Below are positions 1 to 8,066 of a DNA stretch of 32,000 nucleotides, in pieces. Made by a program: the position numbers and the translations under genes. The stretch comes from Delftia acidovorans NBRC 14950 (GTDB taxonomy: Bacteria; Pseudomonadota; Gammaproteobacteria; Burkholderiales; Burkholderiaceae_C): positions 30,001-62,000 of the forward strand of contig NZ_BCZP01000028.1 of NCBI RefSeq assembly GCF_001598795.1, given 5' to 3'. Under the pieces are notes generated by a model. The model worked only from the letters and a program-made list of their open reading frames with translations. It had not been told where the DNA came from and made no database searches. Every line of letters begins with the position of its first letter. Within the stretch, counting starts at the first letter, position 1.

Positions 1-494
1 ATGGCTCGCCCATGCACTTCCTCGGCGAGATGGTCCGGCGCGCCACGGGCGCCCGCTTCGAGGCCATTCCCTACAAGGGCGTGGCGCCGGCCGTCACCGA
101 TGTGGTGGGCGGCCATGTGCCCTTCACCTACAGCACGCTGGGCTCCATCGCTCCCTATCTGCCCGGCGGCAAGCTGGTGGCGCTGGCCGTGGCCGACGCC
201 CAGCGCTCACCGCTGGCGCCCGACGTGCCCACGCTGGCCGAGCTGGGCTACAAGGACGTGGAGCTGACTGCCTGGTACGGCCTGTTCGGCCCCAGGAACA
301 TGCCCGCCGAGGTGGTCAAGCTCCTGAACACGCACCTCAACGAGATCCTCAGGATGCCCGACGTGGTGGCGCGCATGGCCACGCTGGGAACCGTCCCTGT
401 GGGCGGCCCGCCCCAGCGGCTGGGCAAGACCAATGCCGGCGATTTCGAGCGTTTCGGGCGGCTGGTCAAGGAGCTGGGCATACAGCCGGACTAG
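1..494 (+). CDS. Bug/TctC-family periplasmic solute-binding protein (tripartite tricarboxylate transporter receptor), C-terminal fragment; 5' end lies outside the window
   Basis: Frame 3 is open from the window edge to TAG at 492-494. The translation (IPYKGVAPAVTDVVGGHVPFTYS...LAPDVPTLAELGYKDVELTAWYGLFGP) resembles the C-terminal lobe of Bug/TctC proteins. Codon usage is GC3-rich. Confidence 0.8.
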   Translation, partial: GSPMHFLGEMVRRATGARFEAIPYKGVAPAVTDVVGGHVPFTYSTLGSIAPYLPGGKLVALAVADAQRSPLAPDVPTLAELGYKDVELTAWYGLFGPRNMPAEVVKLLNTHLNEILRMPDVVARMATLGTVPVGGPPQRLGKTNAGDFERFGRLVKELGIQPD

Positions 495-547
495 ATTGAA
501 CAGGCGCTGAACGAAAGGAGGGAGGAAGCAGCGGGCGCCGGCGCAAG

Positions 548-1288
548 TCATCCCGGGTGGTGGCCCGGGGAAGGAGGGTGGTCTTGCGCCGGCGCATCCT
601 GCCTGATGCGCTCGGCCAGCAGGTGGGACATGAAGCGCAGGTAGCGCTCGATCTGCTGGTCTGCCTCGGGTCCCTCACCGAACAGTTCGGCCAGCAGCGG
701 CCGTGCCGTGGGCAGGAAGGCCGAAATGCTGAGGATGGCCAGGTGGATGAAGCGCGGGTCCACCTGTGCCGGGTGGCTGGCCTGCGCTCCGTCCATCAGC
801 ATGGTCGAGGTTAGCTCCAGCCCGCGCCGCGTGATGCGCTGCAGCGGCGTGCCCGAGGGCGGCGGCTCTTCTTCGCTTTCGTAGTGGTAGATCTCGGAGA
901 GCGCCAGCCGCTCGAACTGCGGGTGCTCGCGCATGAAATCCAGCCGCAGCAGCAGGCGCTGGTAGACGCGCTCTTCCACCGTGCCCTGCGTCCTGAGCGC
1001 CACTTCCATGCGGTTTTGCAACTCGCGCATCAGTGACTCCGTCACCTCCTGCAGCAAGCCCTTGAGGCTGCTGAAGTAGTAGCGCACCAGGGCACGCGTG
1101 ACACCGGCTGCCGCCGCGATTTCCAGAATGCTCAGCTGCTCCGGCGTGCGGGTCTTGAGCAGGTTGACCGTGGTCTGCAGGATGATGTCCCGTCCCACGG
1201 CATCGTCGGCCAGCGGGCGGCCGCTGTTGCGGCGGGGCTTCTTGGGCGCGGATTCGGTTGGCTTCTTTTGAGGCGGCATGCGGGCCAT
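548..1288 (-). CDS. TetR/AcrR-family transcriptional regulator
   Basis: N-terminal HTH segment LSILEIAAAAGVTRALVRYYFSSLKGLL. TGA at 548-550. The track ORF (to 1414) was trimmed to ATG 1288; ATG 1279 is an alternative. The upstream extension is Arg/Pro-rich junk that overlaps the neighbouring gene. Confidence 0.85.
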   Translation of the reverse strand: MARMPPQKKPTESAPKKPRRNSGRPLADDAVGRDIILQTTVNLLKTRTPEQLSILEIAAAAGVTRALVRYYFSSLKGLLQEVTESLMRELQNRMEVALRTQGTVEERVYQRLLLRLDFMREHPQFERLALSEIYHYESEEEPPPSGTPLQRITRRGLELTSTMLMDGAQASHPAQVDPRFIHLAILSISAFLPTARPLLAELFGEGPEADQQIERYLRFMSHLLAERIRQDAPAQDHPPSPGHHPG

Positions 1289-1325
1289 TGTCGGCGATAC
1301 ACAGGCAGCGGCCGCGCCGCAAGCG

Positions 1326-1658
1326 TCAGGGCTGGGCGGTAATGCGGGCCAGCGCGTCCGCGATCTCGCGGGCCTGCTGGGGCCGCACCAGCCTTTGCAC
1401 CTCCTGCCCGTCACGCAGAAAGATCAGGGTGGGCCAGAGCTTGACGCGGTAGCTGCGACCCAGGGCCCGGCCGGGGCCGTCTTCCACCTTGATGTGCGCC
1501 ACCTGCGGGGCGGCATCCAGCGCCTGCGCAATCAGCGGTTGCGCGCCCTGGCAGTGGCCGCACCAGGCGGTGCCGAACTCCAGCAAGGTAGCGCCGGGCA
1601 GCGTGTCGACGGTGCTGCGATCGGGGGCGTCGGTCAGGTGCTTGGACTGGAAGGGCAT
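1326..1658 (-). CDS. Thioredoxin-family protein (CxxC redox protein), 110 aa
   Basis: WCGHC active-site motif within a thioredoxin-fold-length protein. GGAG Shine-Dalgarno sits 6 nt before ATG 1658, immediately after the moeA stop codon (1670-1672). Confidence 0.85.
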   Translation of the reverse strand: MPFQSKHLTDAPDRSTVDTLPGATLLEFGTAWCGHCQGAQPLIAQALDAAPQVAHIKVEDGPGRALGRSYRVKLWPTLIFLRDGQEVQRLVRPQQAREIADALARITAQP

Positions 1659-1669
1659 GGAATCTCCTG

Positions 1670-3016
1670 TCAGGGAAAGGCCTGCAGCGGCAGGATGGAT
1701 ACGGTTTCGCCGGCTTGCACGGCACCGCGCTCATGTTCGAGCACGATGAGGCAGTCCGCCTCGGCCATGGAGCGCAGCACGCCCGAACCCTGCGGACCGG
1801 TCGTGCGGACCAGGCAGCGGCCATCGGCGCCTGTGGACAGAAGGCCGCGCTGGTACTCGGTGCGGCCCGGCCGTTTGGACAGCGCATGGGCAGCCACGGC
1901 CTGGGGCAGGGCGACCGGCTCGGCAGCCGCCTGCGCAGCGCCCATGAGCTGCAGCAGCGCCGGACGGACAAAGACCAGAAAGCTGACCATGGCGGCCACG
2001 GGATTGCCAGGAAGGCCGATCAGCACCGTGGTGCGTGCAGGCGTGCGGCTTGCGGCAAACGGCGTGCCCGCATCGGGCTGCAGCAGGCCCACGGCCAGCG
2101 GCCGGCCGGGCCGCATGGCCAGTCGCCAGAAGTGCACGCAGCCCATGCGCTGCAGCATGGCGCGCGTGTGGTCGGCCTCGCCTGCGCTGATGCCGCCGCT
2201 GGTCAGCACCACGTCGGCCAGGGAGGCGGCTTCGCGCAGGCGCTCCTGCAGGGCCTCGGGCTCATCGGCCACCACGCCCAGGTCCAGCACCTGCACGCCC
2301 ATGCGCTGCAGCAGGCCGATGAGGCTGAAGCGGTTGCTGTCGTAGACCGCACCCTCGCGCGGCGCCGTGCCGGGGTGGAGGATTTCATCGCCCGTGGAGA
2401 AATAGGCCACGCGCAGCCGCCTGCGCACGCGCACCTGGGGCTGGCCCAGGCTGGCGATCAGGCCCAGGGCCGCGGGATGCAGGCGCTGGCCCGCCGCCAG
2501 GGCCACGCGGCCCAGGCTCAGGTCCTCGCCGCGCAGGCGCCGGTTGTCCCCGGCACGCACGCTGCCTGCCGGAATGCCGATGTGGTCAGTGCCTGCGGAC
2601 ACGGTGCGTTCATGCGCGATCACCGTGTCCAGCCCGCTCGGCAACACGGCGCCGGTCATGATCTTGATGCACTCGCCGGCCTGCACGGTGCCGTGCCAGG
2701 GTTTGCCGGCCAGGGCCTGGCCGACCACGCGCAGCACCAGCGGTGCAGCGGGCGAACCGGCGTGAGCAGCCTGCAGCTGGCCGCCATCGAAGGCATAGCC
2801 ATCCATGGCGGCGTTGTCATGCGCTGGCACATCGACGGGGGAGACGATGTCTTCGGCCAGCACGCGGTCCAGCGCATCGGCCAGCGCCAGCGTCTCCAAC
2901 TCTGCCACCGGGCCCAGGGGCTGCAGCAGGCTGGCCAGCTGTGACAGGGCCTGATCGACCCTCAGGTCCTGGGTGGATGCGGTGGTGGGGGATGCGGGCT
3001 GGAAGGATGCGGTCAT
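1670..3016 (-). CDS. moeA: Molybdopterin molybdotransferase MoeA
   Basis: Motifs PVDVPAHDNAAMDGYA, TSGGISAGEADH and GLPGNPVAAMVSF are typical of MoeA/gephyrin E domains. The track ORF was trimmed to ATG 3016 (MTASFQ...); the upstream 77 codons are low-complexity Arg/Pro/Ala. Confidence 0.9.
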   Translation of the reverse strand: MTASFQPASPTTASTQDLRVDQALSQLASLLQPLGPVAELETLALADALDRVLAEDIVSPVDVPAHDNAAMDGYAFDGGQLQAAHAGSPAAPLVLRVVGQALAGKPWHGTVQAGECIKIMTGAVLPSGLDTVIAHERTVSAGTDHIGIPAGSVRAGDNRRLRGEDLSLGRVALAAGQRLHPAALGLIASLGQPQVRVRRRLRVAYFSTGDEILHPGTAPREGAVYDSNRFSLIGLLQRMGVQVLDLGVVADEPEALQERLREAASLADVVLTSGGISAGEADHTRAMLQRMGCVHFWRLAMRPGRPLAVGLLQPDAGTPFAASRTPARTTVLIGLPGNPVAAMVSFLVFVRPALLQLMGAAQAAAEPVALPQAVAAHALSKRPGRTEYQRGLLSTGADGRCLVRTTGPQGSGVLRSMAEADCLIVLEHERGAVQAGETVSILPLQAFP

Positions 3017-3068
3017 CAGAACGGAATCCGGTTGGGCAAGGCGGCGTGCGGGCCGGCGGCGCGGGGCG

Positions 3069-3752
3069 CTACGACGGGGTGGCTGCGGCGCGCGCCAACG
3101 CCTGCAGCTCCTGCTGCGTGTTGGCGTTGGCAAAGGCCAGCGGGCTGTCGCCCGCGCGGTCGAAGAGGGCCGTGGCGCAGCGGTGCTGGCCCGTCCATGC
3201 ATCGATCTTGCGGCCGCCCGAACGTATGAACGATTGCAGACTATCACGCAGCGATGACCGCATCAGGCAGAACACGGGCTGGGCCCGCAGCAGGGATTGA
3301 TCTGCGTCAAGCGAGCGCTCCCAGCCATGGGCGACGACGATGTCGGCCGCAGGCTGCTGCGACAGCGCCGCCTGCACAAGCCGCTCCACAAGGTCCAGCG
3401 GGAACAGCGGCGTATCGCAGGGCACGCAGACCAGCCAGGGCGTCCGGCAGTGCATCAGGCCGCTCAGGAAGCCGGCCAGCGGGCCGGGATAGTCGGGTTC
3501 GGCATCGGGCCAGACCTGCGCACTGTGGGCCGCGCCCAATTGCGCATAGGCCTCGGCATGGCGGTTGGCGTTGATCAGCAGATGCCCGACCTGGGGCGCC
3601 AGGCGGTCCAGCGCATGGGCCGCCAGCGGCTGGCCCAGAAAGGGCTGCAGCCCCTTGTCGATGCCGCCCATGCGCATGCCGCGCCCGCCTGCCAGCACGC
3701 AGCCCGTGATGTCGTTCAGGGGCAGGGGGGCGGGCTGGGAAGAAGGGGGCAT
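3069..3752 (-). CDS. mobA: Molybdenum cofactor guanylyltransferase MobA
   Basis: N-terminal ITGCVLAGGRGMRMGGIDKGL and VPCDTPLFP motifs, of MobA length. Trimmed to ATG 3752, placed by alignment logic to E. coli MobA, where the ITG..LAGG motif lies about 10-14 residues from the start. No Shine-Dalgarno; the leader is C-rich. Confidence 0.85.
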   Translation of the reverse strand: MPPSSQPAPLPLNDITGCVLAGGRGMRMGGIDKGLQPFLGQPLAAHALDRLAPQVGHLLINANRHAEAYAQLGAAHSAQVWPDAEPDYPGPLAGFLSGLMHCRTPWLVCVPCDTPLFPLDLVERLVQAALSQQPAADIVVAHGWERSLDADQSLLRAQPVFCLMRSSLRDSLQSFIRSGGRKIDAWTGQHRCATALFDRAGDSPLAFANANTQQELQALARAAATPS

Positions 3753-3810
3753 GTGGGGCGGGGGGGGGCAGCGGGGAAAAGGAGTAGGGGGCGGGGCGGC
3801 GATGGCAGGG
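3719..3810 (+). repeat. Dense G-run cluster (C-rich on the coding strand) spanning the mobA start and the moaA-mobA spacer
   Basis: There are eleven runs of 3 or more G on the + strand: 3719-22, 3725-30, 3732-34, 3737-39, 3745-49, 3755-58, 3760-68 (G9), 3773-76, 3787-91, 3793-96 and 3808-10. Confidence 0.75.
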
Positions 3811-3838
3811 CGCCGACGCCCCGCGCACGCCGCACGGA

Positions 3839-4975
3839 TCAGCCGCCGATGTAGCTCATCTCGATGCGCCTGCGCTGCGTGCCCGTGCTGGCCGGCAGGC
3901 TGGCGCGCAGTTCGGAGTAGCGGTCGCTGCGCTGCTGCCAGATGGGGGCCAGCGCGGAGGCGACCTCTGCATCGCTGGCGCCGCTGCGCAGCAGGCTGCG
4001 CAGGTCCCAGCCTTCGGAGGCGAACAGGCACAGGTACAGCCGGCCTTCGGTGGACAGGCGCGCGCGGTTGCAGTCACCGCAAAAGGCATGGGTGACGCTG
4101 CTGATCACGCCGACCTCGCCCAGCGACGGGTCGTGCAGGCCGCGCGCGTCGGCATAGCCCCAGCGCACGGCCGTCTCGCCGGTGGCGCTGGGCTGCAGCG
4201 GCACCAGGGGCAGTTCGGCGCGCAGCCGGGCGATGACCTCGTCGGAGGGCAGAACCTCGTCCATGCGCCAGCCGTTGGTCGCGCCCACATCCATGTATTC
4301 GATGAAGCGCAAGGTCACGCCCGTGCCCTGGAAGTGGCGCGCCATGGGCAGGATCTGGTCTTCGTTGGTGCCGCGCTTGACCACCATGTTGACCTTGATG
4401 TTGGTCAGGCCCGCGGCCTGGGCCGCCTCGATGCCGGCCAGCACGTCGGAGACCGGGAAGTCCACGTCGTTCATGCTGCGGAACACCGCGTCGTCCAGCC
4501 CGTCCAGGCTCACGGTGACGCGGTTCAGGCCGGCGTCCTTGAGCGCGCGGGCCTTGCGGGCCAGCAGGGAGCCGTTGGTGGTCAGCGTCAGGTCCAGGGG
4601 CTGGCCGCCGGGCGTGCGCAGGGCGGAGAGCTGCTCCACCAGCGTTTCCACGTTCTTGCGCAGCAGCGGCTCGCCACCCGTCAGCCGGATCTTCTGCACG
4701 CCGTGCTGCACGAACAGGCGCGCCGTGCGCGTGATTTCCTCGAAACTCAGCAGCGAGCCGTGCGGCAGGTAGCTGTAGTTCTTGTCGAAGACTTCCTTGG
4801 GCATGCAGTAGCTGCAGCGGAAGTTGCAGCGGTCGGTGATGCTGATGCGCAGGTCGCGCAGCGACCGGCCAAGCCTGTCCTGCAGATCGCCGGTGGGCGT
4901 CTGCAGCAGACTTGGCACGGCGGCCGGGCGCGTGGGGGAGCGCTCGTCGACCAGGGGGATCACTCGTTCTGCCAT
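3839..4975 (-). CDS. moaA: GTP 3',8-cyclase MoaA (radical SAM)
   Basis: CNFRCSYC radical-SAM cluster motif, a C-terminal [10 protein letters not shown] second cluster motif, and a terminal Gly-Gly. The 810-aa track ORF was trimmed to ATG 4975 ([10 protein letters not shown]...), giving 378 aa. Confidence 0.92.
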   Translation of the reverse strand: MAERVIPLVDERSPTRPAAVPSLLQTPTGDLQDRLGRSLRDLRISITDRCNFRCSYCMPKEVFDKNYSYLPHGSLLSFEEITRTARLFVQHGVQKIRLTGGEPLLRKNVETLVEQLSALRTPGGQPLDLTLTTNGSLLARKARALKDAGLNRVTVSLDGLDDAVFRSMNDVDFPVSDVLAGIEAAQAAGLTNIKVNMVVKRGTNEDQILPMARHFQGTGVTLRFIEYMDVGATNGWRMDEVLPSDEVIARLRAELPLVPLQPSATGETAVRWGYADARGLHDPSLGEVGVISSVTHAFCGDCNRARLSTEGRLYLCLFASEGWDLRSLLRSGASDAEVASALAPIWQQRSDRYSELRASLPASTGTQRRRIEMSYIGG

Positions 4976-5040
4976 GCCTGTGATTTTGCCCGAATGCCTA
5001 TGTCCAGGCACTGCGCAAGCCTGCAGTTCTTGATCTGTGT

Positions 5041-5826
5041 CTAGACGCAGCGCGCTCCGTCCACCTCGATGCAGGTGCCGCTGATGAAGGCGGCCTCGTC
5101 GCTGGCCAGATACAGCGCGGCATTGGCCACGTCCCCTGCGGTGGAGAAGCGGCCCAGCGGAATGGTCGCCAGAAAGCGTGCGCGGCGCGCTTCGTCCACC
5201 GGGCCGCCGGCGAACTCGGCGGCCAGGCCGGTGTCCGGGTTGAACACGGGGTTGATGCAGTTGACGCGGATGTTCTCGGGACCGAGCTCGGCCGCCATGG
5301 ACTTGCTGGTGATGATGACGGCACCCTTGGAGCCGTTGTACCAGGTCAGCCCCGGCCGAGGGCGCAGGCCGGCCGTGGAGGCGATGTTGATGAAGCTGCC
5401 GCCGCCAGGGCGGCCATCGGCCAGCGCCGGGTTGGCGCGCATGGCGGGCACGCCGTGCACGGCAGAAAGGTAGATGCTCTTGACGTTGATGGCGTAGACG
5501 CGGTCGAACTCGGCCTCGCTGACTTCGAGCATGGGGCGGTTGCGGTGCGTCCAGCCCGCGTTGTTGATGAAGGCGTCGAGCCGGCCATGCGCCTGCAGCG
5601 TGGCCTCCACCAGGGCCTTGACCTGTTCGCTGCGTGTCATGTCCGCCTGCACGAAAAGTGCCCGGCCGCCTTCGGCGGTGATGGACTGTGCCACGCGTGT
5701 GCCGGCCTCGCGGTCGATGTCGTTGACGATGACCCGGGCACCTTCGGCGGCCAGCCGCTGGGCGATGCCGGCCCCGATGCCGCTGCCGGCGCCTGTGACG
5801 ATGATGGATTTGTCCTGGACACGCAT
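5041..5826 (-). CDS. Short-chain dehydrogenase/reductase (SDR) family oxidoreductase
   Basis: TGAGSGIG cofactor-binding motif, NNAG, and the catalytic YNGSK (YxxxK). 261 aa. GAGGAG Shine-Dalgarno upstream of ATG 5826. Confidence 0.9.
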   Translation of the reverse strand: MRVQDKSIIVTGAGSGIGAGIAQRLAAEGARVIVNDIDREAGTRVAQSITAEGGRALFVQADMTRSEQVKALVEATLQAHGRLDAFINNAGWTHRNRPMLEVSEAEFDRVYAINVKSIYLSAVHGVPAMRANPALADGRPGGGSFINIASTAGLRPRPGLTWYNGSKGAVIITSKSMAAELGPENIRVNCINPVFNPDTGLAAEFAGGPVDEARRARFLATIPLGRFSTAGDVANAALYLASDEAAFISGTCIEVDGARCV

Positions 5827-5850
5827 CGGGCTTTGCTCCTCGGTCGGGGG

Positions 5851-6450
5851 TCAGGCCCCCTGGGTTGCGGTGGTGGCTGTGGTCGCCGGGATCGGGGTCG
5901 CGCCGCCTGTGCCGGGCTGCCAGCCCACGAATTGCGGGTAGTAGCGCGCCACGCCGGGGCCATTGAAGTCCCAGCCCAGGCACTGGCCCAGGTGGCGTGG
6001 CGGCTGGCTGGGGTCGGCATCGCCAAAGACGCCCGGCACGGACTGGAAGGCGGCCGTGGCCATGTTGAACAGCAGCTCGCGCAGATGCGTGCAGCTGGCC
6101 ACGCCGCCCAGGTTCTCGTTGATGGCCTTGCGCCAGCCGCGCGCCATGCTGCAGCCGACCATTTTCTGCAGGGCCCGCGTGGCCTCGGGGCAGTGGCCCA
6201 GCGGGTGGGAATCCATGACGACCTCGATGGCCTGCACCGCCAGGCGGGCATCGACCGTGGTGCGTATCCACATGTGGTGTATGGCCGTGCCGGCGGGCAT
6301 GTGGCGGCCGCCGCTCAGTTCGATGTCATGGGTCTTGCTGTCGCGCAGCTCGCCTTCGATATCCCAGAGGCCATCGGCGCGGGCGTAGCTGCGGTAGCGC
6401 ACGTCGCGTTCATGCTGGGGCGTGCGGTCGGGAATGGGGGACAAGGGCAT
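5851..6450 (-). CDS. DUF2889-family protein (function unknown)
   Basis: The translation MPLSPIPDR...[21 protein letters not shown]...HPLGHCPEA...SCTHLRELL resembles DUF2889 proteins as I remember them. The start is uncertain: ATG 6450 is preferred by family N-terminus, with ATG 6498 or TTG 6522 as alternatives. Confidence 0.7.
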   Translation of the reverse strand: MPLSPIPDRTPQHERDVRYRSYARADGLWDIEGELRDSKTHDIELSGGRHMPAGTAIHHMWIRTTVDARLAVQAIEVVMDSHPLGHCPEATRALQKMVGCSMARGWRKAINENLGGVASCTHLRELLFNMATAAFQSVPGVFGDADPSQPPRHLGQCLGWDFNGPGVARYYPQFVGWQPGTGGATPIPATTATTATQGA

Positions 6451-6525
6451 GGGGGAAGCTGTTCTTTCTGTCGCGGGCTGCCGGCTGGCGCCGGGCATCC
6501 CGCGATTTTCCGTCACGCGCAAAGA

Positions 6526-7959
6526 TCAGCCATGCCGTATGGCGACGGTCTTCAGCGTGGTAAAGCCGTAGAGCGCCTCGAAGCCCTTTTCGCGGCCATG
6601 GCCGCTGGACTTGACGCCGCCGAAGGGCAGCTCCACGCCGCCACCGGCGCCGTAGTTGTTGATGAAGACCTGGCCGCAGCGCAGGCGCCGCGCCAGACGC
6701 AGCTGGCGCGCGCCGTCGCGCGTCCACAGTCCGGCCACCAGGCCGTAGGCCGTGCCGTTGGCCAGTTGCACGGCATGGTCCTCGTCATGGAAGGGCATGG
6801 CGCAGAGTACGGGGCCGAAAATCTCTTCCTGCGCCAGCCGGTGCTCGGGCGGCACGTCGCGCAGCAGGGTGGGCGCCTGGTAAAAGCCGCTGTCGGGCGC
6901 ATCCTCGACGATCTGGCCCTGCGCCACCACGGCAATGCCGGCCACCTGGGCGTCGGACAGGAAATCCCAGACGCGCTGCTGCTGGCTGGCGCGGATCAGC
7001 GGCCCCAGGTCCAGGTCCATGGCGGCCGGGCCCACGCGCAGCGCCTCGAAGGCCTGGCCCAGGCGTTCGAGCAGCGGCTCGTAGATCAGCGAGTCGATCA
7101 GCACGCGCGAACCTGCCGAGCAGGTCTGGCCCGCGTTCTGCACGATGGCGTTGACGATGGCGGGCACGGCGGCATCGAGGTCCGCGTCTGCAAACACGAT
7201 CTGCGGGCTCTTGCCGCCCAGCTCCAGCGTGACCGGGCAGTGGCGCTCGGCAGCCGCCTGCTGGATCAGCGTGCCCACGCCGGGGCTGCCCGTGAAGCTC
7301 AGGTGGTCTACGCCGGGATGGCGCGCCAGGGCCTCGCCCACCTCGTGACCCAGGCCGGTGACCACGTTGAAGGCGCCGGCTGGAAAGCCGGCCTCGGTGG
7401 CCAGCCGCGCCACGCGCAGCACGGACAGGCAGGCGTCTTCCGAGGGCTTGACCACACAGGTATTGCCCGCGGCCAGCGCCGCGCCCACGCTGCGGCCCAG
7501 GATCTGCATGGGATAGTTCCAGGGCACGATGTGGCCGGTCACGCCGTGGGGCTCGCGCCAGGTCAGGGCGCTGTAGCCCTGCTGGTAGGGCAGGGTCTCA
7601 CCGTGCAGCTTGTCGCAGGCGCCGGCATAGAACTCGAAGTAGCGCGCCAGCGCCAGCACGTCGGCACGGGCCTGGCGAGTGGGCTTGCCGCAGTCGCGCT
7701 GCTCAATGGCCGTGAGCTCATCGGCATGCTGGAGCACGCTGCCCGACAGGCGCATCAGCAGGCGCCCGCGCTCTGCGGCAGAAAGCTTGCTCCAGACGCT
7801 GTCCTGGCACTCGCGCGCCGAACGCACGGCCAGGTCGATGTCCTGGGGCGAGCCGCGCTGCAGCTCGTCGAAAGCCTGCCCGTCCGACGGGTCCAGCACG
7901 GGGGTCGTGCGTCCCGACTCCGTGGGCACGGACGCATTGCCGATGTAGTGGTATTGCAT
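6526..7959 (-). CDS. NAD(P)-dependent aldehyde dehydrogenase family protein
   Basis: 477 aa with VTLELGGKSP (catalytic Glu), GQTCSAGSR (catalytic Cys), FTGSPGVG and EEIFGPV motifs. Confidence 0.9.
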   Translation of the reverse strand: MQYHYIGNASVPTESGRTTPVLDPSDGQAFDELQRGSPQDIDLAVRSARECQDSVWSKLSAAERGRLLMRLSGSVLQHADELTAIEQRDCGKPTRQARADVLALARYFEFYAGACDKLHGETLPYQQGYSALTWREPHGVTGHIVPWNYPMQILGRSVGAALAAGNTCVVKPSEDACLSVLRVARLATEAGFPAGAFNVVTGLGHEVGEALARHPGVDHLSFTGSPGVGTLIQQAAAERHCPVTLELGGKSPQIVFADADLDAAVPAIVNAIVQNAGQTCSAGSRVLIDSLIYEPLLERLGQAFEALRVGPAAMDLDLGPLIRASQQQRVWDFLSDAQVAGIAVVAQGQIVEDAPDSGFYQAPTLLRDVPPEHRLAQEEIFGPVLCAMPFHDEDHAVQLANGTAYGLVAGLWTRDGARQLRLARRLRCGQVFINNYGAGGGVELPFGGVKSSGHGREKGFEALYGFTTLKTVAIRHG

Positions 7960-8030
7960 GGAGCCCGATTGTGGGGTGCCCGCGCCGCTTGTCCAGTCCC
8001 GGGCGTTGCTGCGTCCCCTCGATCGCCTTG

Positions 8031-8066
8031 GTGGCTCCAGCGGCTACAGCGGTTTCAGTGGCTTCA
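8031..8066. repeat. Four tandem imperfect 9-bp repeats (GTGGCTCCA GCGGCTACA GCGGTTTCA GTGGCTTCA)
   Basis: Read directly from the sequence; 6 of 9 positions are invariant across the four copies. The last copy contains the stop codon of the Crp-like gene (minus strand). The array lies upstream of the aldehyde dehydrogenase gene. Confidence 0.7.

Noticed and set aside
4976-5040. A possible Moco riboswitch upstream of moaA.
   Set aside because: Only 65 nt separate the SDR stop from the moaA start, which is too short for the Moco RNA motif. I could not recognise its conserved elements either. Only a trivial 5-bp hairpin is present.
3839-6271. An 810-aa track ORF that appears to fuse a large N-terminal region to MoaA.
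   Set aside because: Only the last 378 residues (from ATG 4975) are MoaA. The upstream part is Arg/Pro/Gly/His-rich and overlaps the SDR and DUF2889 genes out of frame. Similar N-terminal over-extensions were trimmed for moeA, mobA, TetR, LOG, nadE, ilvH, DUF482, ppa and others. Several track starts are TTG or GTG codons shown as M.
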